From Heterodontus francisci (Eukaryota): a stretch of 64,000 nt of DNA. Of this stretch, positions 1 to 12,900 are shown one piece after another. The position numbers were made by a program, and so were the translations under genes. The stretch is taken from positions 21,338,437 through 21,402,436 of the forward strand of contig NC_090409.1 of assembly GCF_036365525.1 (NCBI RefSeq), given 5' to 3'. A model generated the notes under the pieces. It was not told the DNA's origin. It did not search any database and saw only the letters and a program-made list of their open reading frames with translations. How positions within the stretch are numbered: position 1 is the stretch's first letter; every line of letters begins with the position of its first letter.

Positions 1-1290
1 TTTTCCCACAATATATTCAATTTTCCAGATCTTTTCCTACTCATCTAGCCTATTTATATCCCTTTGTAGACCCCTTATGTCCTCTTCGCAACTTACTTTC
101 CTACCTATATTTGTATCATCAGTAAATATCACAACCATACCTATGTCTATTCATCCAACTCTTTTATGTAAATTGTAAAAGGTTGAGGCTCCAACACTGA
201 TCCTTGAGACACGCCACTCGTTACATCTTACCAACCAGAAAAATGAACCATTTATACCTACTTCTGCTTCCTGTTAGCTAGGCAAACTTTTCCCCATGCC
301 AATATGTTACACCATACACCGTTTCCTGCAATAGGTTTTGATGTGTCGCCTTATCAAATGCCTTCTGGAAATCTAGGTACAGTACAACCACGGGTTCCCC
401 TTTATCTACAGAATATGTTACTTCTTCGAAGAACTCCAACAAATTGGTTAAACATGATTTCCCTTTCACCGAAACAGACTGACTTTGCCTGATACCTTGA
501 CTTTTTTACTCAGTGCCCTGCTATAAAGTCTTTAATAACAGCTTTCCAACATTTCTCTATGACAGATGTCATGTAAACTGATCCGCAGTTTACTGCTTCC
601 TGTTCCCCTTCCCTTTTAAACAAACGACTAGCATTCGCCGTTTTCTAATCTAATGGAGCCCTCTCCGAATTTAGGAAATTTTGGAAAATTAAAACCAGCA
701 GCCCAAGGATGAAATCCATCAGGATCCGGGGATCTGACAGCCCGCAGATCCAACAATTTGCAGTGTATCACTTTCATAGTGATTGCAACTTTCTTGAGTT
801 CCTCGCTCCTTTCCATTTCCTGATTTACAACTATTTCTGCAATGTTATTGTATCCTCTATAGTGAACACCGATGCAAAATACCTGTTCAATTCATGTGCC
901 ATCTCTTTATTTTCCATTACTCATTCCCCAGACTCACTTTCAATAGGACCAACGCATAGTTTGTTAACTCTTTTCTTTTAAAGTATCAATAGAAACTCTT
1001 GTTCCCTCTTTTAATATTTCCAGCTAGCTTTCGCTGGTACTCCAATTTTCCTTCTTGTTTAATGTTTTAGTCATTCTTTGCTGCTTTGTATATTCTGTTG
1101 AGTCTTCTGGTGTGCTACCCATCTTTGCACAATTATATTGTTTTTTTCTTTAATTTTGACGTTGTCTTTAACTTTTTTAGTTAACCACTGATGGTGGGTC
1201 CTCCCCTTTGATTTTGTCATTCTCCTTGGAATGTATCTATTCTGTGTATTCTGCAATATCCCCTTAAATACCTGCTACTGCATCTCTATT
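1..1290 (-). mobile_element. Decayed CR1 LINE ORF2 fragments
   Basis: KGKSCLTNLLEFFEEVT...YLDFQKAFDK (278-469), RSPDPDGFHP and HQWLTKKVK; frameshifts and deletions. Confidence 0.9.
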
Positions 1291-1489
1291 GACCTATCCC
1301 TCACCCTACTTTTCAAGATCACTTTCGTTGTTCTGCTTTCCTGTCTCAATTCTACACAAACTGTTTCTACATCTACCCTGCAGACTTCGATTTCGTCCAC
1401 GCAGGTTGAAAGCACCTCGATCCTGTTTGACAATTATAAAGACTGAGACTTCATTACTACAGTCTGCTCAGTCCCTTTTCCTGCCTCAT

Positions 1490-1742
1490 TCACGGTCACA
1501 CCCTCCTGTTTCTCACCGCTGGCCAATTCTAAGATGGGTGACCGTCTTCTATTACAATGTGTTCAGGTATCACTCCCTTCCCTGATGTTGTGCAGTGTCT
1601 GCAGCTCGGCTTCCAGATCAATAATCATGATCCAGAATTCCTCGAGCTCCGTACACTTTCCACAGACGTGTATGACCTAAATTGTTTTGGCGTCCAGGAG
1701 ATCCCACATTCCATAGCTGCAACACAACATCTGTCATGCCAT
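1490..1742 (-). mobile_element. Decayed CR1 ORF1 N-terminus (Zn-finger/leucine zipper)
   Basis: Minus translation LCCSYGMWDLL...HVCGKCTELEE...DLEAELQTLHNIREG with stops; aligns by eye to the ORF1 at 63444. Confidence 0.75.
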
Positions 1743-2213
1743 TGTTACTTACGTTAGTTATTGAATTTACTTTAATCGCTTTCTTATTTAAATTCGAATA
1801 CATCTTTTGTATACTACAATTTACTGTACATATTTTTACCACCCACAACTAAGAGTTATGCACCCTTTAAATGCACAGTTTTATGTTTGACGCTTTTATT
1901 TTCAGGTTTTAGTTATTTTTATTTATGGATCTTCCTGACTCTGGTGTACTAAGTTGGCTATTAATACTCTATCTCTTACACAAAGCCCTTACCGGCCAAT
2001 CAGCTTACAAATTACAAAACGTGACTAATACTAATTAAACCTTCCACTTACAGATGTATTACCCCAGTTTTGGAACATAAAGGAGCAACATAGTCACTCG
2101 CTATTATTTATGGTGTGTCACCTCGTGTTCCTGTGCTGTTTTAAACACACATCCTCTTTTCTTCGGAAAACTATCTTTGCTACTCTGATCTATTCACTTT
2201 TTTAGTTTTTTTT

Positions 2214-2551
2214 TTAGTGATACAGCACTGAAACAGGCCCTTCGGCCCACCGAGTCTGTGCCGACCATCAACCAGCCATTTATACTAATCCTACACTAAT
2301 CCCATATTCCTACCACATCCCCACCTGTCCTATATTTTCCCTAACACCTACCTATACTAGGGGCAATTTCTAATGGCCAATTTACCTATCAACCTGCAAG
2401 TTTTTGGCATGTGGGAGGAAACCGGAGCACCCCGAGGAAACCCACGCAGACATAGGGAGAACTTGCAAACTCCACACAGGCAGTACCCGGAATTGAACCC
2501 GGGTCGCTGGAGCTGTGGGGCTGCGGTGCTAACCACTGCGCCACTGTGCCG
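2214..2551 (-). mobile_element. tRNA-derived HE1-like SINE
   Basis: Head ggcacagtggcgcagtggttagc (A box) and gggttcaattcc (B box); CR1-derived 3' end gggccgaagggcctgtttcagtgctgta. Confidence 0.9.
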
Positions 2552-2559
2552 ACTTCAGA

Positions 2560-3110
2560 CTTGTCTGAAGTCTCGCATACATTCTGCCAATCTAACAAAT
2601 GCACAGCCTAAATTATTTTCTGAAGTGCCCACAATTAAACGAAATACCTTATCAAAATTTAAAAAAAATGTTTCACAGAGCTTCGTTTGTTTTGTAGTAG
2701 ATACCTCTGTTAATAATGCCAAGGGTCAAATATATTGTTTCAATCATCTTAACGTGTCCTGCCAAATGCTTGTGTGCATGCAGCCAGCCCACAGTTTCGC
2801 TATACTGCCCTTAAAACTGTATAATTTCGTTCAGATTTCCTTTCCTCTGTTTTTCCTCGATATGTATCACCTCAACCTTCTCTGCATCAAATTATTATGT
2901 GCCTGCCTCTATCTAGGTTTTTCTGAAGTCTGTTCCTATCTTCCTCATAGTTTACTATATTTCCGAGTTGTGTGTCACCTGCAAGCTTTGAAATTATGCC
3001 CTGTATGGCGAGCACAGGTCATTTACATTTAAATCAATGGCAACATTGATCAGAATACTGCTCACAGTGTAACTCCATTGTATACTTCTCTCAAGCCTGA
3101 AAAACAAATA
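2560..3110 (-). mobile_element. Highly decayed CR1 RT fragment
   Basis: Remnants such as ttgatgcagagaaggttgaggtgatacat (FNAEKCEVIH-like) and cttggcattattaacagagg. Confidence 0.55.
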
Positions 3111-5464
3111 TTCATCACTTTTGATTTCACAGTCACATCTCCTGCCACAGCAATCTTCTCTGGCTCTAACTTATTCCACTAGGTATCCAACTGAAATTAC
3201 AGCCTTCATATTTGGAATCCAGATAAAATTAGAAATATCTTCAAGACATTCAGCTTTCCTTGAAGTGCTGTCCTTGCTTAATCCTGAGATTCACAGTCAG
3301 CCTCTCTCTTTACCAGCACAGTATCAATATATCTGAAAGCCATCGGTTTCATTTCATACTCTGTCTCTTCCTATGCTTTAAAAAATGTATTCTTCATTTC
3401 AGATTTGAAGGAGCACATGTTTTCACAACTTATTGATACCAATTCCATTCCGGATCCTTCTTCCCCTTCACTATCCCTTCTTCCAGTCTCACCTTCTGCT
3501 GCAATGTCATGATGCACTCTGATCTTTCCCTCTCCGACACTGAAATAACAGTCCATAGCTTCGGCCACTTGCACCCCCACCTCTATGAATTTCGAGCTCA
3601 GCATGACAATGATCACTTCTTCCATTGTCTTCGCCTCCAGACCCATTTCTTTTGAACAAGACTCTTTCCCCACACAGCAGACCCTTTTGCTCGTCTTCAG
3701 TACTTTTCCTCCTTGCAGACCCTCCCTCTGGCCTCTTATTATCTGTCAGTACTATCAATGAGAACTGTTGGCATAACATCAGCTGTCTCAGTTTTTTTGT
3801 TCCCCTTATTCGGTATCACCTATATCCATTTGAACATGTGAAACTATCGGCTCCCAGTCCCAAGCATAACACTGGCATGGAACCTACTGAGAAGAATGGT
3901 GCTATAGATGTTCGGCTTGCCAACAGCTATTACTTAGACATCATGTGCCAATGCTCTGACATTTGCTCCTGCCTTGCCCTGGACCATCACCTCTTTGCCA
4001 AACACGAAGCCATTGTATCCAGGGCTGTCACTGGCCTCATCTAATCTCCTCTTGAATTTCTCCCTTCACGGTCTCCAAGCACATAGTGCCCAACCCAAAC
4101 AGCCTTCTACTACCTTCTTCCCAAGATGCAGCAACAGGACTGTCCTGGGAGGCCATTCGTTTCGGCCTGGTCCAGACTACAGAGCTCATTTCATGCTACC
4201 ATAAACTTCATGTTTCCTCCCCATGCCGGTGTTTTCCAATCTACATCCATGACTCTTCTGATGCCTTCCTTCACTTTAACAGTCTGCATTTTACTTGCGT
4301 AAACATCCCCTTTTCACCATGGAAGTACAACTTCCCTACACCTCTGTCCAACACCAGCATGTTCCGAGGACTCTCCCTGCGTCTTCCTTGAATAGAAGGC
4401 CAGCCCGTCAACATCCACCTCCACCCTTCTCTGACCATTGGAACTATTCTTAAATTGAACAGCATTTCCCTGTACTCCATTCAAGTCCTCCAAATGCAAG
4501 ATGTTGCTATGGGAACCTGCCTGGGTGCTAGCGATGTCTGTCTTTCTTCAGTCCTACTCAGGCCTCTTCTTTACCCTCTTTTTCCAGTACATTCATCACT
4601 GTATCAGTGTGGTTTCAGATCTAACGCTGAACTGGAAAAAATATTTTGCCTTTTTCTTACAATAAATACCCTTTTCTCGCCGTCACATGACCCGTGTGTG
4701 TCGCTTCTCTTCCCTTCGTGGACTTATCTGTCTCCATTTCTGGGGGCAGGCTATTAACTAATGCTCACTCTAAGTCCATTAGCCCCCACATTTACTTTGA
4801 CAACACTTAATCCCACCCCGATGCTCGATTCTCTCATTTTTTCCAACTCCATTTCATTTGTTAGGATGATGTAACCTTCCATTCTAGCGCTTCTGATATG
4901 TTTTCCATTTCCCTCAACCGAGGATTCACCCCCACGAGTTGACAGGGCCTTTAACTATGTCCATTGCACTCATGTATTTCTGAGCTCAGCTCTTCCCCTC
5001 CCTACCTGATCCACGATAGGGATCATCTGCCTCTATATTCAACGACCCATCTTCAGATTTTCCTCCATATTCTGTGTGATACTATAATAAAATACGTCTT
5101 GCTCTCGCTCTCCTTTTGTAATTCCAATTTGGGCGTTTCCGCCATGACACCCTGCCCTTCTCTTCAATCATCCTCTACCCGCACTCCCATTCCCACGGTA
5201 CTTTTCCATGCAAGCACATGGGACGCAACAACTTGGCTTTTACCTTCTCCCTTTTCACTGTCCAAGCCCCAAACATTCCTACAGGTTCAACAGCCATTTA
5301 AGTGTACTTAAAAAAAAATATATGCTGTATGCGCTGTTTCCAATGTGATACCCTCCACAATGTGGAGAGGGAAATGCAGAATCGTTGGTCGCTTTGCTGA
5401 ATAGCTCCATTCAGCTTGTAATTATAAATCGAGCTCCAAGGCACCTGTCATTTTAATTATCCAC

Positions 5465-6215
5465 TTTGCCTCTGAATAATAACGGTCTGGGTTCAACTCC
5501 CATTCTGGGACGACAGCACAAAAATCAAGGCTGACATTCCAGTGCAGCACTGAAGAAGTGCTGCCCTGTCGGAAATGCCATCTCTCACATGAGATGTTAA
5601 ACTGATGCCCGGTCTTCCTTCGCAGGTGAACGTAAATTCCCCAAGCCACAATTTCAAAGAACAGTTAGGGAGCTATCCTCGTCCTCCTGGTCAATATTTA
5701 TCCCTCAACCAGATGATCCAGTCATTATCATATTGTTTTTAATGAGAGTTTGCTGCACACATATTGGCTGCCAGATCTCCTACTTTATTAACTGGCCTAC
5801 AGTTCAGAACTACTGTATTGCCCGCAAACGCTTTGAAACATCCATTGGTCATAGAGAGATACAGTACTGAAACAGGCCCTTCGGCCCACCGAGCCTGTGC
5901 TGACCAGCAATCACCTACTTATAGTAACCCTACATTAAGCCCATATTCCCTACAACAGCCCCACCTCCCCTCAATTCTCCTACTACCGACCTACAGCAGG
6001 AGCAATTTACACTAGCCAATTTACCTATCAACCTGCAAGTCTTTGGCTGTGGGAGGAAACTGGAGCACCCAGTAGAAACCCAGGCGGTCGCAGGGAAAAC
6101 TTGAAAACTCCGCACAGGCTGTATTCAGAACAGAACCCAGTTCACTGGAGCTGTGAAGCTACAGTGCTAACCGCTGCGCCGCCTTGTGCCACAACAGCTT
6201 TATATAAATGGAAGC
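5465..6215 (+). mobile_element. Deu-domain SINE (SacSINE1-like), split by an HE1-like SINE
   Basis: gggttcaactccc B box; gctgacattccagtgcagcactga; atgagatgttaaac; tatttatccctcaacc; tail resumes at ~6195 tatataaatg. Confidence 0.75.
5852..6190 (-). mobile_element. HE1-like SINE, older variant
   Basis: Same head and tail as the 2214 copy, more diverged. Confidence 0.85.
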
Positions 6216-6864
6216 ATTCACTTGTTTCTATTTACTCCTACTCTGACCTTCCTGCCCTCGACCAGCTGAAGAGCTGCAATGAAGCTCCATGTCAGCTAGA
6301 GAAGCAGCACCTGATCTTTCGATTATGCACGTTGTAGATTTCTCGACTCAACATTGAGCTCCACAATTTCAGATTGTAATCACTGCCCCAATGTGTTTAT
6401 GTATCTTCGTGGTATTATGTTGTTCCCTCTGTTTTTGCTTTTGCATGGTTACTGTTCTTATACTGATATTCCTCCTCCCTAGATACATGTTTTGCTTCTT
6501 TCCTTTTTTTCCCATTACCACTCCCTTTTGCCTAGTACCATGAACGTTTTGTTATTTAATCAATCCTGCCTAACACTCCATTACAAACTGTCCATTTGCT
6601 TCTTTTTCCCTTCCTCGCCCTTTTACTTGCTGAAATACTATTCCAATTTTTTCTGTTATGATGTAAGATCTTCAACCTGAACCTTTAACTCTCCACAGAT
6701 GCTTCCGGACCAGCTGAATTTTTTCCAGCATTATCTCTTATTTCCAGTTTCCAGCATATGCAGTAGTTTGCTTTTGTTCACCACTATGTTCTGCTTTTCG
6801 CTCCTTAGACAATATCTTATGCACACTGCCAAACTGTCATTTGTACTTCTCTGTGCTTGCCTAC

Positions 6865-6900
6865 CTGTATCTTTAAGACTCTGGCGCAGATTCTCCAGAC
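6865..6900 (-). CDS. 36-nt micro-exon GLENLRQSLKDT
   Basis: tttgcttcatttttag|gtctggagaatctgcgccagagtcttaaagatacag|gtaggc. Confidence 0.88.
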
Positions 6901-9900
6901 CTAAAAATGAAGCAAATCGAATCTGTCTGCAATTGACTTCGGCTAATTGACGATTCGATCAACGGTTCACAAATGGTTCACAAATGTTTCCCCGCATTCT
7001 GTTTCATTTTTTGTCACAGATGTGTATATCAGAGTCGAAAGTGGAAGAAAAAAATGTATAAACAACTTCAGTATTTGTCGCGAAATCTAAATTTGTGGTC
7101 GGCTGTATAAAGAGTGGTCTGTGCAATTTCCTCTGATTTGCATCCCCTTAAATGTCCAATTTCATGCCAGCTTTTTTTGATTAGATTAGATTAGAGATAC
7201 AGCATTGAAACAGGCCCTTCGGCCCACCGAGTCTGTGCCGACCATCAACCACCCATTTATACTAATCCTACACTAATCCCATATTCCTACCAAACATCCC
7301 CATCTGTCCCTATATTTCCCTACCACCTACCTATACTAGTGACAATTTACCTACCAACCAGCAAGTCTTTTGGCTTGTGGGAGGAAACCGGAGCACCCGG
7401 AGAAAACCCACGCAGACACAGGGAGAACTTGCAAACTCCACACAGGCAGTACCCAGAATTGAATCCGGGTCCCTGGAGCTGTGAGGCTGCAATGCTAAAC
7501 ACTGCGCCACTGTGCCAGCTCTATTGGTATTATGAGATAGGTATGTTTGACAATCCCAAGATGGAAAATTAAAGTGCAATGGGAAAGCATACAGCAATTC
7601 CAACCTCCGTTAACACGAATCCACGGCCCCTAATAAGTAAATACCTATCACTGAAGGGAGGACCGATTGAGAACTGAAACCTGAACATCAGTCATATTGC
7701 AAAATAAAACACCTGGTAACTTGTAACATATTTGAGGGGTGATGACAATCGTGTTCAGCCTCTGTTATAACTTCCATTGCTTAACTAGAAGAGCTGTTTT
7801 ACAGACTGTGGGCCCACATTTAAGACATATCCTGTCCTCTCGCAATGGAAGTTGCACATGGAACTGCTTCCCCTCTGTGGTATATGTAACCTGAACTTTG
7901 AGTTCATTCCATTACCTTTATCCTTCATCTGCAGCCGTTCCTCTGTATAAATAGAGCATGGCATGAATTGATCTGTTAAACCCACTTTACATAAATAAGA
8001 GAAGGAAAGAAATAGAAAAAGAAAGAACAAAATTAAAATCCAAGAAACAAACAAAGATAGAAACAAAGAAAAGAGCAAAAGAAACCCATTTATGTAGCTG
8101 ATTTCCCAATCTCTGGTTATTTCAAAGTCGATTGATCCATTGAAGAACATTTTGGAGAGTTGCCACTTTTGTAAAGTAGGAAACGCGGCAGCCAACTTGC
8201 ACCCGGCGTGGTCCCTCAAAAAGCAATGCGATATTTGATAAGGCAGTCTTCGATTGATTTTGATTGAGAGATATATGCATACTGACCAAAACACTGGAAA
8301 GAACTCCACATCAGTATAATGCTTAGTGCAAAACATGGCATCTCAGAATGTGTGGCTCGCTTTCAGTATTTCAGTGGATTTTAAGCCTGGATTTAGAGTG
8401 CAATTGTCTTGATGGTTAATTTTGGCTCAGAGACGAGGAAGACCTACCTACGATATCAAGATAATTTGCAGCAGTGCAGCAACAAATTGATTCTAAACTT
8501 GCTAACAAACAGCTCAGCTGATCATGCCTTCGGTGAGTTAAGCTATGGAGAGCTGTCATAAATTCGAAGCATATCTACTGCATACAAGCTTATGAAGATA
8601 ATATACACAGTCTTACGAGAATGCATCTTGGTTTGTAAAAAGTTACGTCACATATATGTTTTAATTCGAATTGGGAAAGGAGGCCTCCGCATTTAGGAAC
8701 AGCTTGTTATGTGTAGCGCCTGGAAAGGTATAATGTAGCTGATTTTTCATTGATGTTCATATCATTGTAGCACGAAACAGTGCAGAGGAAACCTGTTTGG
8801 GATATCGTGGTTATGCTGGTCGTTTCAAGGTGAAATTCAATTCTTCCCGCTCCCCTGCTCCTTATCCATTGGCCTGCACTTGCTTCTCCAGTGCATCGAA
8901 TTCTCTTTAAAAAGTTACTATTGCATCTACTTCCAGCACCCATTTATGCAATGCATTCCAGATCACAATCAGTCGCTGCATAAATAAAAACTGCCCATCA
9001 TGTCACTGGTCCTTTTTGCTGATTATCTTAATTCCTTTGTTTTCAGGTTACTGACAACTTCGGCACAGCAAACAGTTTAAATTGTGTAACATGGATTTTT
9101 GTTCAGAAAAAAAAGAGCCTCAGAGTAAAATACGCTGCAGTCCATGACTCGGGTCTTCAAACCGATTATACTACCCATCGCTTTTTCGACCTTTTTTCCT
9201 GCATCTGCAGTTGGTAAACCTTGCAGACTGAGGTGCACAGAGTGGTTGTGAAAGAGTGTTTCGTAAGCAGAATGCTAAATTCAGCGGAGAGCAATTCGAG
9301 TATATAGGAAACAGAACATTCAAGTTCCTTTCCGTTTGAGGCCAACAAAGTCTGGGGCAGAAAATTAAAGCTAGACAACTGCTTGTGAAACTGGAATGCA
9401 CCACTTCTTGCCACTATTGTTAATTTTGTTCAGTGTGTTAGTTTATGATTCACAAGTAAGGCACTGAGAGGTGTTTTACAGCACATTAAGGTCACACCTT
9501 GTAGGTTAATCACCTGATTGACAACAAATGTAAGCGTGCTCAGATCAGCTCAAAGCTCTAAAATATAATTTAATTTTCCTCTCAATCCTCACCGAGATCG
9601 CTGACCTGTTTTTCGAGATTTTCGACTTCTGGAGAAAGAAAAGGAGATAACGATCAGACCTCCAAGTGAATAAACTCCAAGTTAATAAATTACACCCTTT
9701 GAACAAAAGTCTTTCGGTGCATTTCTTTAAACAAACTTATTTGTTTTCTAAGTCTTCACAAAACACAACGTTTGAATTGTATATTGCATTCGCCTCCTCT
9801 TATACAGTCATGAAAAGTCAATGCAACTGACTGCCCGTGGGAGATTATGACATTTGGCTCCTGCATTAGTGATACAAGCCCCAACAGTCTTACCATCATC

Positions 9901-12900
9901 TGAACCTGAATCCTATCATGATGACTAGAGTGATAGCACTGACTTCCTAGATAGTACCATCTGGATAACAGCACCCAAGAAACAACACACCAGTGAGATC
10001 AAGAGCTGCATGTATTTTGCAATAGCGACTAAGACAGAATTCTACCACAAATCGTCATCAAAGCACAAGGTGATGAGGTCTGATTTTCGATTCATGCTCA
10101 TCGAGATACGAAGGAAAATATAGGCTTGCATTCATACCGCTACGTTTAAGGCCTCAGGACATCCACATCCAAATGCCCTTTACAGCCATTCTTACCAAGT
10201 GCAGTTGCGCTTGCAAGTTAAAGGAACGTGCAGCAAGCTCCCACACATACAGTAATGTTCATAGTACAGTGAAAAGGGCAATATCAAGTTAACACACATG
10301 ATACAATGTGAATAATTTGCCTTACCCTCAACAAGGTGATTTTATCTTTGGCAATTAATTTAAATGGGTGTTAACGCAGTTGGAAACTCGTAATACTGCA
10401 AACTTTCCCTTCAACCATTGTCAGCCGAAATGAAAATTGGATAGGCTTTGCAGTAGGCAATTACATTGTAATCTTTAGTTATACTTGTTCTTAAATATTA
10501 ACCTCCTTCACCTTCAGTTTACTGACTCCTTGATGTTTGAAATGTCTGTAGCAGGAAGTGTATGTTGTACTTTCAATTTTAAGGCTATCCTTCTGCGCAC
10601 TTTATCAAAGCATCTCTGCAATGCTTTGCTAATGTGCACATTGTGACTCATATATGGTGGGTGGAGTTCGCTTGCAGATCAACAGTGAATGGGGGAATGG
10701 GCTCGAGGTGAAGAATAAAAGTCTTTTCTTATCGTGTTCTTATACTCACTCTCTCAATACAGATGCCATAATAATACCCTTTCCATTACCTACTTCTCTT
10801 TAAAAAAGAAAGACCATTAATTCTTGAGACAACACAAAAGAAAGTGGACGCTCTAATTCAGAATATAAACAAAATGTGCTGGAAATGCACAACAGATCAG
10901 GTAACATTATATATAGAGAAACGTAGTTAGCATTTCATATCTATGAACTCTCTTTAGAATTGGAAGTTGGACAAGTTCACAGTCAGGGTAAGGGGAGGGG
11001 AAGAATGAACAAAAAGCAAGGTCTTTGATATTGCGTAATGGAGTAAAGATTAAATAACGCCGCAGACAGAAGGAGATGACAATGAAACAAATAAAGAATC
11101 AAAACGTGTTTAGGGATTGTGGAAATGGGAAAACAGATTGTTTCTTTAGAATGCAGTCCAAAAATGGCAGAGTGATGATTTTCTGAAATTGTTCAACATA
11201 TTGTTGATCATATTTAATGGCATAGCAGGCTCGATGGGCTGAACTGCCTATTACTGCTCCTATGTTCCTATATTCCTAAAGAAAAACGCTTTTCTGGAGA
11301 GAAATGCACTCCAGTGAGGTGAAAGCTATAGAAAGTAATGTAGAAAAATTGTTGATCACTTTATGCCGCCTTTACCTTTCTCCTTTCTGCTCAGCTTTTG
11401 ATCTACATATAATTAATTGATAATGTTATTCCGATAATTGTAATTGCATAATGATTGTTGGTAATAATACTTACGCTGGAATGAACGCACTACTTTCTAA
11501 ATATATATAAAATTGATGTATTTAACCAGTCTCTGGTTCGACTCAGGGTTAAATCAAATCATTGTTTGTGTTTGTATAATCAGAAATAAGAACGATCTTT
11601 GAGGGTTAATGAAGATGCCTGTTTATCTGCTCCCACCGATCTACCAATCTAATGTCAACGTTCTCTGTAGGTGATAAGGGAGTATAACTTTAATTATGTC
11701 ACTAAAAAGATGGAATAATTGTTTATATCCGCTCCGTTGTTGAACATGAAATTGAGTGACAGAGAATTTACCACAAAGCAATAGGTCACCGTGTTCCATT
11801 CTTCATCAGGTATTTATCTAGCTTGGAGTATAATGTGAGGAAATGGGGAACTTTCCACTTTGATAGGAAGAATAGGAAAGCGAAGTATATATTATTTTTA
11901 GTGGTGAGAGATTTTATTGGTATGCAGCGTGATTTTGGTCGCCTTATACGCCAATCACCGAAAGTTACCAATTAGAACGCAAATAGTCTGTTCACCTGTA
12001 TAACGTGCAGATGGTAGAATAAGATTAAGGAAGTCTTCCTACAATTATGTAAGGCTCTGGTGAGATCACACATATATTACTGTTTTCAGCTTCGGTCACA
12101 TTACTTAAGGAGGGTATACTTGCCTCAGAGAGAGTGCAGTGAATTATCACCAAATTGATTCCTGGATTGAGAGACCTGTCCTTTGACGACAGTTGAGTAG
12201 GATGGGCCTATACTCTTAGGAGTTTAAAAGAATGTGGGTTCATCACATTTAAATGCATAAAATTCATACCTTGAGCGGGTGGATGCTAAGAGTTTGTTTC
12301 TCCTGGTTGGAGAGTCCAGAAGTGGTTGTCCTTGTCTCAGGGTAACAGGTCGCCACTTAAGACAGAGCTGAGGAATAATGATGTTTGTGACACGTTGGAT
12401 ACCACGGATTCTCAGTCGTTGTGTATATTCAACACTGAAATTAATACATTTCAGGACACTTAGGGAATCAAGGGATGTGGTATATGGCTGGAAAGCTGAG
12501 TTGAGATAGATGAGCAGCCATAATCCCATTCAATGAGGGACCAGGCTCGAGGGCTGCATCTCATTTCCAGCTCCTAATTCGTATGTCCCCATGTTTCCCT
12601 TGAAGGCATCTATTGTATTAGCCCAGGTTCTACATTCTAACACTTGTGGATCATAGAATCATTACAGTACAGATTTTTTTCTGAATTTATTATTTGATTT
12701 ATTAGTGAGTATATTAATTTTATTGCCCTTAGCATCTGTCCTTTCCCCACCTAATTTTTGCCACATCTAGCCGAGCAAATTTATTCAGTACTTTAAAGAA
12801 AGATAATGGGCACCAACTGGCCTTCCCTTTACTGGAGAAAAGAACTCATTCCTATTCAGCTTCTCCTGACAGACATCATGCGATCATCGATTGGTACCGA

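Larger units (their letters stand above)
3430..6780 (+). mobile_element. Decayed Penelope-like element (RT + GIY-YIG endonuclease + 3' terminal repeat), interrupted by two SINEs
   Basis: YLLPKMQQQDCPGRPFVS (~4105), YIHDSSDA, LQMQDVAMGTCLGAS (~4490), GIY-YIG remnant 5280-5420, LEKQHLIFRL (~6300), terminal ctccacagatgct...ccagcat. Confidence 0.85.

Noticed and set aside
2373-3032. 219-aa ORF and recurring MWEETGAP / WLAPQPHSS ORFs
   Set aside because: Translations of HE1-like SINE copies plus flanking decayed CR1.
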